Counted from the first letter of the stretch, positions 1 to 13,099 are shown. The stretch is DNA of 64,000 nt from an uncultured Gammaproteobacteria bacterium (GCA_963764725.1 CAVXTM010000015.1:96001-160000); one strand, 5' to 3'. The notes: generated by a model not told the origin, from the letters alone. Made by a program: numbers and translations.

Positions 1-100
1 GGATGCGTTGACACTCCCGCATGCTTGGTAGGTTGAGCAGAGTAGATGAAAGGTTTTAGAGGAGCTCTATCCGTACCCCGGGGAGTAATAAACTTGCGCT
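1..100. repeat. Copy 1 of a ~100-bp imperfect direct repeat (may extend left of the window)
   Basis: 17-100 aligns without gaps to 3801-3884 at 71/84 identities (counted by eye). Confidence 0.9.
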
Positions 101-530
101 TAGGATTGGCACGACGTGAATAAGCTCAAGGTCGTTCCGCTTGGCGACGGTGCGATCTCTATGTTTACGCCCAGCGCGAGCGCTCGTCGGCAATGAATGT
201 TCTAAGCCAAGATTGAGCGCGTGACAGGCGACGGCGCGAGGGGAGGCCGCGGGGGCGGCCGCGATTAGACGCTAATGTCACGGGATAAGCCATCGCTGAG
301 CAGGGAGAGCTACCATTGTAAAATTATCCGAGCCTGGCCCGTTTACCCGCGTCGACGCCCCCGAGCTCGCGCAAGCGCCCTGGGGACGGAGGGGCCAGTC
401 ACGCTGAGAATCATCGCGAAGGACAAATACAAGCGTTCCGTTGCCGAGGCCTAACCGTGCGGATGCCCGTTGACCGCTCGCGCCACGCGGTCCTGCATGA
501 TCCGTCGCTGGCCCGGCAGGCCGCGCGCCG

Positions 531-715
531 CGCAATCTCGGTCCGACGGTCAACTCGCCCTACGCCGACTTCACGCCGTACATCTCCCGGGGCGGCCGCT
601 ACCTGTCCTTCACGTCGGAGCGCCCGGGCATCGTGCCGGCGGTGATCGAAGGCCGCCCACCCGATGCCATCTATCAGGTCGATCTCGCGGACGCGCGCTT
701 GGCGAATGACCAGAG
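531..715 (+). pseudogene. C-terminal fragment of a PD40/TolB-like beta-propeller protein
   Basis: Frame reads RNLGPTVNSPYADFTPYISRGGRYLSFTSERPG...DAIYQVDL, a typical PD40 repeat; no start or N-terminus. Confidence 0.6.
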
Positions 716-726
716 CCGCGTCGCGA

Positions 727-1671
727 TCACTGCACGTCGAAGAACGCGAGCAGCTTGGCGGAAGCATCGAAGCCGTTGGCCGCAATCGGCCAAAGATGGC
801 CAAGTCCGAACACCTCGGTGAACTGGATCTTCGGGTTCGCGATCCCGGCCTGGCAGTCGGTGGAGAAGAGCGCGTGAGTCGCCTGCGGCAGCGGCGGCTG
901 CGGCAGCAACGACCCGACGATAAACTCGGTGCAGCCGTCGTTGGAGTACCAGCGACTGAACGAATCCCCCGCCGACAGCCGAAAGCCCCCGGCGGCCACC
1001 GGATCGCCGCCGGCGATCGGCACCGTCCCGTCGGCGTCACCGTGCACGATGAACACCGGCAACAACGTTCCCGCGGGCGGCGGGGGCGGCTCGGCGATTG
1101 TCGAGCCGTAGAACCCGGAAACCACCCCGATCGCGAGGAAGGTTGCCGGCGTGTCCGCGCCGAGCGCGTGGACGAAGTGGCCGCCCATCGAGAATCCGGC
1201 GGCGAGCACCCGCGCGGGATCCGCGTTGAGGTCCGGGCTCGTCGCGAGGTGGTCGATCAGCTCCTCGGCATAGAGCAGATCGTCTCTCACCGCGCCTGTG
1301 GTGTCCCAGGTGCCGCGCGTCACCACGCCCATGCCGAGCGTGCCCTGCGCGAAGACGACGATCTTGCCCTGCTGATTGGCGAGCGTGGCCATGCGGAGCA
1401 TGCCCGGCCGGTTCGAGAACGAGCTCGCCGACTGGCCGGCGCCGTGGAACATGACGACGAGCGGATACGGCACGGCGCGCGCGGGGTCGTAGCCCGCGGG
1501 CAACCGCAGGATGTACGCGCGCTGATCGCCGTTCACGACGTCGAATCGGAGCGCGTACGTCCCGGCCGCCTGCGGGATGGGATCGGTGACTGCATGCGCT
1601 AGAGACGCGCCGCCCATGCTGACAAGTAGGACTACTGCTGCACCAACATTTCTAAACAAATTCGCTTTCAT
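727..1671 (-). CDS. Secreted alpha/beta hydrolase, PHB-depolymerase/LpqC-like esterase
   Basis: Signal peptide ending AHA; PLVVMFHG, GFSMGG nucleophile elbow, HGDAD, GLGHLWP; AAGGAG RBS before ATG 1671. Confidence 0.8.
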   Translation of the reverse strand: MKANLFRNVGAAVVLLVSMGGASLAHAVTDPIPQAAGTYALRFDVVNGDQRAYILRLPAGYDPARAVPYPLVVMFHGAGQSASSFSNRPGMLRMATLANQQGKIVVFAQGTLGMGVVTRGTWDTTGAVRDDLLYAEELIDHLATSPDLNADPARVLAAGFSMGGHFVHALGADTPATFLAIGVVSGFYGSTIAEPPPPPAGTLLPVFIVHGDADGTVPIAGGDPVAAGGFRLSAGDSFSRWYSNDGCTEFIVGSLLPQPPLPQATHALFSTDCQAGIANPKIQFTEVFGLGHLWPIAANGFDASAKLLAFFDVQ

Positions 1672-1733
1672 GATAGACTCCTTACCGTTAGCAATCGCTA
1701 ACAATTAACTGGCCCACCGGGACAGGGCGTGCC

Positions 1734-2984
1734 CTACTGGGTCATCACCTCGACGTCGATGGCGCTGTCGAACAGCCAGGCCTTGCTCCAGACGTCGCGG
1801 GTCTTGAACCAGATCCACTGGCTGCCGCGGTCGCTGCCGACCGCTTCGGTACTGTACGACCACGGCCCGCCACTGTCACCGGGGACCGCGTTGAGGTCTT
1901 CCATGGCTACGAGGTTCGACACCAGCCCGCCCGAGAAGGTGAGCGAGGTGACGAACGTCGAGTACACCTGGTCGCACGTCCGGGTGCCCTGCCTCCGGCT
2001 GTACACGCAGTAGGTGTTGTTCACAGCTGCGGAGGTCTCCACCGAGTTGACCTCCCTGAGGTCGGTCGGGCTGGCGTAGTACTCGGCGAGGTCGGCGTGC
2101 TGTACTCCGTTTTGATCAGGTAGAGTCGTGTGCCATTGCACGTCGCCGTTCAGACCCTCGTGCTCGTCCTCGAAAACCATGTCGTAGCTCGGTCCACCTT
2201 GGGGCTGGTGGTAGTGGTCTATTCCGCTGCAGTGGGCCGCGGTGGTCACACCCGTCTCATTGGTGAGCTGGGACTGCACGGTGAAGCCGCTGGTGCACTC
2301 GGAGGAGCTGCCGTGCACATACGCGCCGCCGTAGGTGTGGAACTCCTCGACGACGTCGTGGCCAACGAATGTGACCCGCACGCCGTCGCTCAGCGACGGC
2401 GGCAGTTCGGCTCCGGGCGTCTGTTCGCCGGTGACCGCGACCTCGATCAGACCGCTTGGCAGTACCGCGGAGCCAACCAGCTGATAGCCGGCGTCGCCGA
2501 AGAACCTCACCACGGCGACGGCGCGGTTCGCCAGTTCGGCGGCCGAGTACTTCCGGCCGCCGGTCAGACCGACGTTCAGGCCGGCATCGGTAGCCAGCGA
2601 TCGTGCGGCCGACGGCACGGCACCCTTGAAGCGCAGGTAGCTCCTCCCGCCCGGCGAGGCGGCGAACTCGGCACCGGCGAACTTGGTGGGAAACTGCGCC
2701 TCGATCTGGTCCTGCAGCTCACCGAATGCATGCTGATCGTCCAGGTGCCGTCGGGTGGCGGCGAGACTCCAGCCTTTGTCGTCGGCGATGATGGCGATGT
2801 CGATCGCCTCGGCGGTAGCCTGATCGTGCAACTCGACACTAGGGTCGGGGTCGACGGTGGCGGCCGTCGCCGGCGTGGCAAAGCTCGCGATTGCGATCAG
2901 GAGCGCCAGGGCGCGTGAAGCTGCACCTATTCCAACGAGTAGCGATATCGCCACACCTATACCTTTTAGCGTCTTCGTATTCAT
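1734..2984 (-). CDS. Secreted S1 (chymotrypsin-like, alpha-lytic/streptogrisin type) serine protease with pro-region
   Basis: CTSGF, TTAAHC (His) and GDSGGP (Ser) motifs; N-terminal signal; AGGAG RBS. Confidence 0.85.
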   Translation of the reverse strand: MNTKTLKGIGVAISLLVGIGAASRALALLIAIASFATPATAATVDPDPSVELHDQATAEAIDIAIIADDKGWSLAATRRHLDDQHAFGELQDQIEAQFPTKFAGAEFAASPGGRSYLRFKGAVPSAARSLATDAGLNVGLTGGRKYSAAELANRAVAVVRFFGDAGYQLVGSAVLPSGLIEVAVTGEQTPGAELPPSLSDGVRVTFVGHDVVEEFHTYGGAYVHGSSSECTSGFTVQSQLTNETGVTTAAHCSGIDHYHQPQGGPSYDMVFEDEHEGLNGDVQWHTTLPDQNGVQHADLAEYYASPTDLREVNSVETSAAVNNTYCVYSRRQGTRTCDQVYSTFVTSLTFSGGLVSNLVAMEDLNAVPGDSGGPWSYSTEAVGSDRGSQWIWFKTRDVWSKAWLFDSAIDVEVMTQ

Positions 2985-3171
2985 GATAAGTTTCTCCTGC
3001 CGTTAGTTAACCTAACGGCCATCTGTGTTAACAACAATTGCTGGTGAGTCATAACCCAGGTTTTGGCGGCGACGAGTTGGATCTTTGGGTTTCATGATTC
3101 GCTGTGCAGCCGCAATCTGTCGTTCTCTGCGCTCGTTGTCGTCAGATTGCATTCACGAAGTCGTGTCGTTT

Positions 3172-3381
3172 TTATAAGAAGTACCTGGCGACCAGCTCGC
3201 GACCCGCCCGGGTAATAAACCCGTCGGCGCTGATGAGACCGAGCTCCTGGCAGGCCAGGAAGAGCATCCCGGGCATACCCTTGGGAAAATACACGGTCCC
3301 ATCGCCGTAGCGGCAGGCGAGAACCCGGACCAGCTCCCTCTCGCTTGGGCTTGACATCTGATGATTCGGGTAAGTGTTCAT
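3172..3381 (-). CDS. Small hypothetical protein (69 aa)
   Basis: GGAGG RBS just upstream of the ATG; protein-like composition, possible winged-helix-like GLISADGFITRAG. Confidence 0.55.
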   Translation of the reverse strand: MNTYPNHQMSSPSERELVRVLACRYGDGTVYFPKGMPGMLFLACQELGLISADGFITRAGRELVARYFL

Positions 3382-3783
3382 GGGGCTACCTCCTCCAAGT
3401 GACGTCGCGGTCGCTCGATGAATTCAATGTCCGATTTACCCACCTCTGGAGCCGGCCTGCAGTGCCCGTGTTCAGAAGTTCAGCAGAGGTAGTTCAATTG
3501 GGACAGGAACCCCTCCGTCGATGCTTCTGCCGCCGGCCAGATGGCGAGGATCGCCGGGACTGTAAGGCGAAGGAGCCCGGCTTTACCTAGTGTCATTCTC
3601 TTCATCCTTAATGCCCATCGCATAACGTTGATAACAAGTCGCTCTCGTCGCATGCCAGGGAATTCGATTCCCCTTGAATCTATATTTCCCGCGCAGCCGG
3701 AAAAGGTTCATTTCTGAGAGCTACCGTGTGGGCGGACCAGCGGTTACAACGCTAGGAGGAGATAGCAGCGATGAACATCACAC

Positions 3784-3884
3784 GGATGCGTTTGCACATC
3801 CCGTATGCTTGGTAGGTTGAACAGAATAGATGAAAGGTTATAGAGGAGACCCAGCCGTATACCGGGGGGTAATAAACTTTTGCT
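3784..3884. repeat. Copy 2 of the ~100-bp direct repeat
   Basis: Matches 1-100 in the same orientation. Confidence 0.9.
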
Positions 3885-4107
3885 CCACCTCTCGTCGTAA
3901 GAATCGCAGCAGAAGTGGCTCAGCCGGCGCGTAAGAAGCGTCTGTCGCCAAGCTCGTAGAGAGCACCTCTCGGGACAACGCGGTGCTCTGCATTCTCAGG
4001 GGTCACCCATTCCTTGACCCACCCATTCCAGACGGGCGATCTCCTTCACCAGACATCTGTACACCGCTAGGCTGGCTAGTTTGCCGCGTGACCGAGGGCC
4101 GCAGCGA

Positions 4108-5339
4108 CTAGCAGCTCGGACGCTGCATTAGTTTTGCTAATGCGCTACACGCATCGACCATCCTGATCTCATTCGTTGATGCGGATCCGGCTGCGGTCAA
4201 TAAACCGATTATCTCCGCAGGCCCAGATGGGGTTGTTTTTCCAGTAGCAAGGCGATGACACCACTCACGTGCGCGGTCGCCACGGAGCTACCCGACAAGA
4301 AATCATATCCGTCCTGCGGCGCGGTGGTCAGGATCTCGAAACCGGGAGCGGCGAGAATATCCTTGTTCGCTCGCCACTGAGGAGGAGGCATGCGGCCGTT
4401 AGCGTCGCTTGCGCCCACTGCGATGACGTTTTCCATGGACGCTGGGAATCCCGGACCGGGTGCTTGCGGTTCGGCCACGGCCGCCACCACGACTATTCCG
4501 CGGCCGGTGGCCGTTTCAATGAGGCGCCCCAGCAGTCGGTCGACGGGCCCAGTGAGGCTTAAGTTTACCACCTGGGCGCTGGTAGTTATCGCAAAGTCGA
4601 TGGCCTTGGCCAGGGTCCAACTGCTGCAGACGGCTTGCGTGTCACCTGCAGGATACCAGCACGCTTTCTCTGCGAGGATTTGCGCCTCGGGGGCGATGCC
4701 GAAGATCCCTATGTCGTTATCGGCCCTGGCGGCGATGATTCCGGCGACGGCGGTACCGTGCGGATCCTGCGAAAACGACTGCTCGCCATTTTCAACGAAG
4801 TTCGCCACCTTCATGATCTGCCCGCGCAGATCGGGATGACCCTTGTCTACGCCGGTGTCCACGATAGCGATCCTGACCCCGCGGCCGGTGCTCACACCGT
4901 GCGCGGTATCGGCGCGAATGAGCTCGGCTCCGTGTTGCATGGACGCATAGGGATCTGTGTGAGCCGATCCCAGTCCTGCGAAGACTTGGTTAATCTGTAC
5001 CGACTCTACGCGCGGATCGGCGGCCAGTTCGTCCAGTACGACATCCAGTGGTTTCCCCGAGGGGACCTCAAACACGATGCATTGCACGCGGATGGAAGAA
5101 AGCGGGAATTCTCCGACCAGCGTCAGGCCGTAGTTCGCGCCCAGTTCACGCGTGAACAGCGGCCAATGCGACTCGGCTTCTGCCGCCAGGGTGACGATGA
5201 GCTGCCGTTCCCGCAGTTGTTTGGGTGCGGCTTCGGCAGCGGTCTGTGACATCAATGGGAACCCTGCCCGGTCCGCACAACCGACCATCAACGCAAACCC
5301 CAGCAGCCACAGGCCGTTGCGAGCGCGCCGGCTCTTCAC
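4108..5339 (-). CDS. S8 subtilisin-like serine protease, lipoprotein-like N-terminus; frameshift near 4215
   Basis: IAIVDTG (Asp), HGTAVAG (His), SGSSVAT (Ser). The ORF track stops at 4209, but an alternative frame continues to VDACSALAKLMQRPSC* at 4108. Confidence 0.85.
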
Positions 5340-6031
5340 CGTGTTGCTGTGGCGGCGCGCTCTGCAAACCGCACCTTGGGATGGGCGCGCAGCTCCCCGA
5401 GCACCTGTGCCAGCTGCGATGGCGAGTGCTTTGGCAGAGCCACGACGTATACTCCGAGCGAGTTGGGACCTTGTACGATGCTGGCATGCATGGCGAGCAA
5501 GAGCGAGCGGATCTCTTTTTCTTTTGTGTCCTCGCTGAGGGCGATCTGCACTCGGGGGACATTATTGGGATCCGCTTTTGTTGGGGATGAAAGCGTTTGA
5601 TAGTACTCAGGCTGTTTATAGGGCATAAGCACAACCAGGGCTCCTACGAGCACGACCACGGTAACTGTCTGCATGCCTAGCATCCATCGCATCTCCGCGG
5701 GGCTTTGTCTGATGGATTGGACAAACCGCGTAAACCTATCGCGCCAAGCTATGGCCCGTCTTTGTGCCGGCGAAGAAGCGTTGACCTCTTCCATCAGGCT
5801 ATGGAAGTGGCCGGGCGAAGGAACCCACTCTTGATCGTCCATGGTTTGCACGCTGTGAGCAATGTCTCGACACCACTGCAACTCTTTTTGGCAGCGAAGG
5901 CAGACCGCAAGGTGCGCTTCCACTTCGATGGCTTCCCGTGGATCTAAGCTTCCGTTGACATACCACGGTAAGATCTCGATGATGTGCCGATGGGCGTCAT
6001 TCGCTGAGGTTAATGTGGTTTCGTTGCTCAT
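5336..6031 (-). CDS. Anti-sigma factor with zf-HC2 zinc finger and one TM helix
   Basis: LPWYVNGSL..HLAVCLRC (HxxxCxxC), hydrophobic span, directly downstream of the ECF sigma gene. Confidence 0.85.
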   Translation of the reverse strand: MSNETTLTSANDAHRHIIEILPWYVNGSLDPREAIEVEAHLAVCLRCQKELQWCRDIAHSVQTMDDQEWVPSPGHFHSLMEEVNASSPAQRRAIAWRDRFTRFVQSIRQSPAEMRWMLGMQTVTVVVLVGALVVLMPYKQPEYYQTLSSPTKADPNNVPRVQIALSEDTKEKEIRSLLLAMHASIVQGPNSLGVYVVALPKHSPSQLAQVLGELRAHPKVRFAERAATATR

Positions 6032-6035
6032 GCCT

Positions 6036-6677
6036 TCACCTTTGTTCGGTTAAGATTTCAGCCAGCCGCCGGCGCGCGTGAAACATCCGTGTTTTGATGG
6101 TATTAACCGGAGCCCCCACGATCTCCGCGATCTCTAGGTAGGGGAGTCCATGGAAGAAGGTGAGTTCGATTACGGCGCGATGCTCGGCAGACAAAGCCGC
6201 GATCGCTTTGGCGAGCGTTCGGCTCCGTTCATGGCGCTCCAGATCCTGTTCCGGCGTTTCGTGATCCGACGCGTCGTTGGGGACACGTTCTTCGCAACTC
6301 GACTGAAGTTCGCCATCGGGCCCAGAGCTATGTCGCGAGGCTTGCTGGAGGGCTTTGAGGCCCTTCTTATGCGCAATGCCAAAGAGCCAGCTAGATAAAC
6401 GACAACTGGAATCGAAGCGGCCGGCATTGAGCCACAAGGTCAACATGACATCGCTTAGCGCCTCTTCGGTAAGCTCGCGGCTCTTCAGCAGTCTCAAAAG
6501 ATACCGTCCTAGCATCGGCGCGTAACGACGGTAGAGTACCTCAAAGGCTTGGCGGTCCCGCGCGGCCACGCGCATCATCATGGCGCCATCCGTTTCTGCA
6601 CCGGAAAAGTCGCAGTCCGTCACCTTTGGGTACTTACCTAACAGGCCCGAGTGATTCTTACATGCTACTGAAATCAT
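6036..6677 (-). CDS. ECF RNA polymerase sigma-70 factor (start uncertain)
   Basis: Region 2 (SSWLFGIAHKK) and region 4 (LPYLEIAEIVGAPVNTIKTRMFHARRRL). Confidence 0.9.
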   Translation of the reverse strand: MISVACKNHSGLLGKYPKVTDCDFSGAETDGAMMMRVAARDRQAFEVLYRRYAPMLGRYLLRLLKSRELTEEALSDVMLTLWLNAGRFDSSCRLSSWLFGIAHKKGLKALQQASRHSSGPDGELQSSCEERVPNDASDHETPEQDLERHERSRTLAKAIAALSAEHRAVIELTFFHGLPYLEIAEIVGAPVNTIKTRMFHARRRLAEILTEQR

Positions 6678-6896
6678 GAGTTATTCGCCAGCCTCGACAC
6701 TATGCGACCCAGAAACCTCATGCCGCGAGGTTCTGTTTGAGCTTCTCCCCAAGTATTTCCCGATTTCGCACCAAAGGTTCAAACCATCGGGTGTTTTCGC
6801 GAAAGTGTTAAATAGGCACGAGGCGAGAGCGCGCGTTGCGTTGAAGCTTTGCGGTTGACAGAATACCCGCCGAAAACCACTAGGGAAAGCGAAAAA

Positions 6897-8204
6897 ATGG
6901 GAACAGAGCAAAAAAGCCGTAGCGGCATTGCTTCGTTCTTCTGCCTATCGCTGGCCGCTATGGTATCTAGCCCATGCCATGGGGAGAGCTCTCTCATCGA
7001 TGCGCTAAGCACCGGCCAGTTTGACCTCTTTTTGCGCTACCGGTTCGAACACGTAGACGATGGCAAACCCGGCATCGAAGACGCATATGCCAACACGCTA
7101 AGAACTGCGCTCGGTTACAATACCGGGAGTTTTTATGACCTGGGCGTGTACCTGCAGCTAGAAGACGTACGCGCCCTGGGGAGGGAGTCGTTTAATGACG
7201 GGGGCGCAAACGGCGTTACCGATCATGCGCTGGTGGTGGATCCGGAAGGCACGGAGATCAATCAGGCCAATCTTCGCTACGAGGGCCTGCCAAGGACCGT
7301 CTTACGTGTGGGGCGTCAGGAGATCGCCCACCGAGAAGCGCCCCTGCACCGCTTCGTGGGGAACGTGCTTTGGCGGCAAAACTGGCAGTCCTTTGACGCC
7401 TTCCGGATCCTGAACCTCAGCATTCCCTACGCCGCTCTGGACTATGCCTATGTGTGGAACGTCAACACCATCTTTGGAGAGGGTAACCCCTTGCCCGGTC
7501 GCAGCGACTTTCCTATGGACAGCCATTTGTTGCGGGCCGAATATACGGGTCTCGCCTTAGGAAAGCTTGAGGCGTACGCGTACCTGCTCGATTTCGATGA
7601 CAGCGTCTCAGAGCGTTTTTCCACGGCCACCGGCGGCCTGCGTTTGGAAGGAGATCAGGGTTTAACGCCAAACGCTACGCTGACCTATGCCGGCGAATTC
7701 GCCCATCAGTGCGATTACGCTGATAATTCAAACGACATTGATGTCAATTACTATCTTGGCGAGGTGGGCGTCAGCTACAACCTCGGCTGGCAGTTACAAA
7801 CCGTCGCCTTGAATGTTGGCTACGAGGTGTTAGAGGGTGACGGCGGGGTCGACGCGTTTCAAACACCTTTGGGCACTAATCACGCCTTCCAGGGATGGGC
7901 GGATCGCTTCTTGATCACGCCGGGTGATGGTGTCGAAGACCTCTATGTCACGCTGAAGCTAAGCGCCTTTGGGGCGGTTCTGATCGCGGTTTATCACGAT
8001 TTTAACGCCGATAATGAGGGGTACGATTACGGGCACGAATGGGATATCGCGTTAGAGCGGCCGTTCGGCAGGGGTTTCCTGGTCGGCGTCAGTTACGCCC
8101 ACTACGAGGCGGATCGCAATGCTACCAATGTGCTTCGCAACAGCGCCGATGGACAGGCGTTTGATTTATCTAAGACCTGGGCCTATCTGCAGTTCCGATT
8201 TTAG
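6897..8204 (+). CDS. Outer-membrane beta-barrel of the alginate-export (AlgE-like) family
   Basis: Signal peptide; LRYRFEHV, FVGNVLWRQNWQSFDA, FQTPLGTNHAFQGWADRF; C-terminal YLQFRF. Confidence 0.8.
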   Translation: MGTEQKSRSGIASFFCLSLAAMVSSPCHGESSLIDALSTGQFDLFLRYRFEHVDDGKPGIEDAYANTLRTALGYNTGSFYDLGVYLQLEDVRALGRESFNDGGANGVTDHALVVDPEGTEINQANLRYEGLPRTVLRVGRQEIAHREAPLHRFVGNVLWRQNWQSFDAFRILNLSIPYAALDYAYVWNVNTIFGEGNPLPGRSDFPMDSHLLRAEYTGLALGKLEAYAYLLDFDDSVSERFSTATGGLRLEGDQGLTPNATLTYAGEFAHQCDYADNSNDIDVNYYLGEVGVSYNLGWQLQTVALNVGYEVLEGDGGVDAFQTPLGTNHAFQGWADRFLITPGDGVEDLYVTLKLSAFGAVLIAVYHDFNADNEGYDYGHEWDIALERPFGRGFLVGVSYAHYEADRNATNVLRNSADGQAFDLSKTWAYLQFRF

Positions 8205-8252
8205 CTATGGATTTGATATTGAGCGTAGGCGTCGCGTGCTCGCTCTCCCCGT

Positions 8253-11439
<3,187 letters not shown>

Positions 11440-11526
11440 GGGGAAACGCTTAAATAAGTAACCTATTGATTGTCAGTAGTTTAATGGCCATCTTGGTCAT
11501 GTCTGCGGGTTCCTTCTTAAATAAAC

Positions 11527-12930
11527 TCACGCCCAAAATGGCACATACCGGACTTCCGGGATCCACCAATCTTTTCGTCGGGCTTTATCAACCCGGACTC
11601 GATCGTCGCAGCGATCACCTGGGACGCAATCGCCGCCTTACTCTCAGGTAAATGAAAGCGCTCACGAAGTGACTGGTTTGTCATACGTTCCGACATGACC
11701 CACTTCAACGCACAGTGCTGGTAGCAGGCCCGGGCGCGGTCCTCCCGATCCATGTCCTCGAACGGCTTCGGGCCGTAGAGCGTTACGATGGTCCGGCGGT
11801 GTCCGGCGCGGAAGTCCGGGGCAGGCAACTGGAACACTTCAGCCGCTTGCACTACGCGGTCGATACCGCTGCTCTTTTCCTCGCAGATTCCAAATCTGCG
11901 CATCAGATCGGCGAGGCGTTCGTTCCTCGATTGGTACCCGTCGATGAACCGCTCGACCGGGACGACCGGCTCGCCAGGATTCGAGATTTCCACACGATTG
12001 CTGAACACCTCTACCATCACCGACGCACCGCCCACGCTCAAATCTTGGTGGATGAGCGCGTTGGCAACCAGCTCGCGGATCACCACTTCCGGCACGAGCT
12101 TCATTTCCTTGCGGAGTGCGTCCACAATCACCTCGTTTTGCGGTAGCTGGCCCATGATGAAGTGCACCAGCCCTTGAAAGCCGACCGCGTAGCCTTTCAT
12201 TCCTAGCTGGTCGAGCCGGGTCTCCAATTTCGAGGTACCGGTGTAGACCACTACGCGCGGCGCCTTGCGGGCCAGGTCAGAGAAGTCGGCCAGCCTCTTC
12301 GCAAGCAACAAACCTCCCAGGCGTCGGATGGCATACTGGCCGTCGATTTCATCGATCAAGCGCTCGCTCAAGAGCCGGTCGAGGACGCCAGCGCGCTTGG
12401 TCGGGTATGGCAACTTAAGCAGCTCAAACAAGGTTTGCGTATCAAGCAACTCCACTAATTGCTGCGCATCCAAACCAGTCTTCGAGTGCTCCTCCAACCA
12501 GTCCGGCTTACCCTCGGCGAAGATTCTGCGAAGCTGGTCCTCGCTCATCGGCACCAGTGCTTCTCCGGAGCGCATCAGGTACTTGCCTTCGAGGTGATAC
12601 GCTGTCCCGCGTGGACGGGAGGGAATGTGGAACACGAGCACCCGGCCGTTCGGGTGCGCTACTTCCTCGATGTCCACACGGAAACCGACGGCCGCGAAGA
12701 GCTTCTCGGCCATGGCAACGGAATCACGGAAGGCGTGAGTGCCCACCACCGGTCGAGGGGGTTTGTCGGCGACACCCAACACGAGGAACCCTCCGCCCTC
12801 GTTGGCCATGGCGACGCAGTATTCGTAGAGCTTGCGGTTGTCGAACTGAGTCTTCGCTTCCTTGAACTCTAGTCTTGGTTTTTCGGTCGCCGACTGTCGC
12901 CAGAGGTCGAGCTGCTCCGGGGCATGATCA
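11527..12930 (-). CDS. AlbA_2 (Schlafen-like) + HATPase_c_4 domain protein within the RM locus
   Basis: RLEFKEAK, CVAMANEGGGFLVLGVAD, RELVANALIHQD, VEISNPG. Likely true C-terminus YVPFWA* (TGA at 11527-11529) after a frameshift; start approximate. Confidence 0.8.
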
Positions 12931-13099
12931 CCGTTATGCAGTGCTGCCCCGTCGCCGCCAGCTTGACCGAATCCCGAGGCTTCAGCCGGCAACCGTCGCT
13001 TCGACATGGTTCGCAATGCTAGCAAAGCCTTCACGACGTCGAACGCTCCTTAGAGCTGCAGTGTCGACGAGATCGTGCCGGCATGGCGTCCCACGTTCA

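Noticed and set aside
104-122. TTGGCACG as a sigma54 promoter
   Set aside because: No GC/TTGC at the -12 position
195-275. TCTAAG...TTAGAC as an attC-like site
   Set aside because: It lacks the AAC/GTT triplets and internal complementarity
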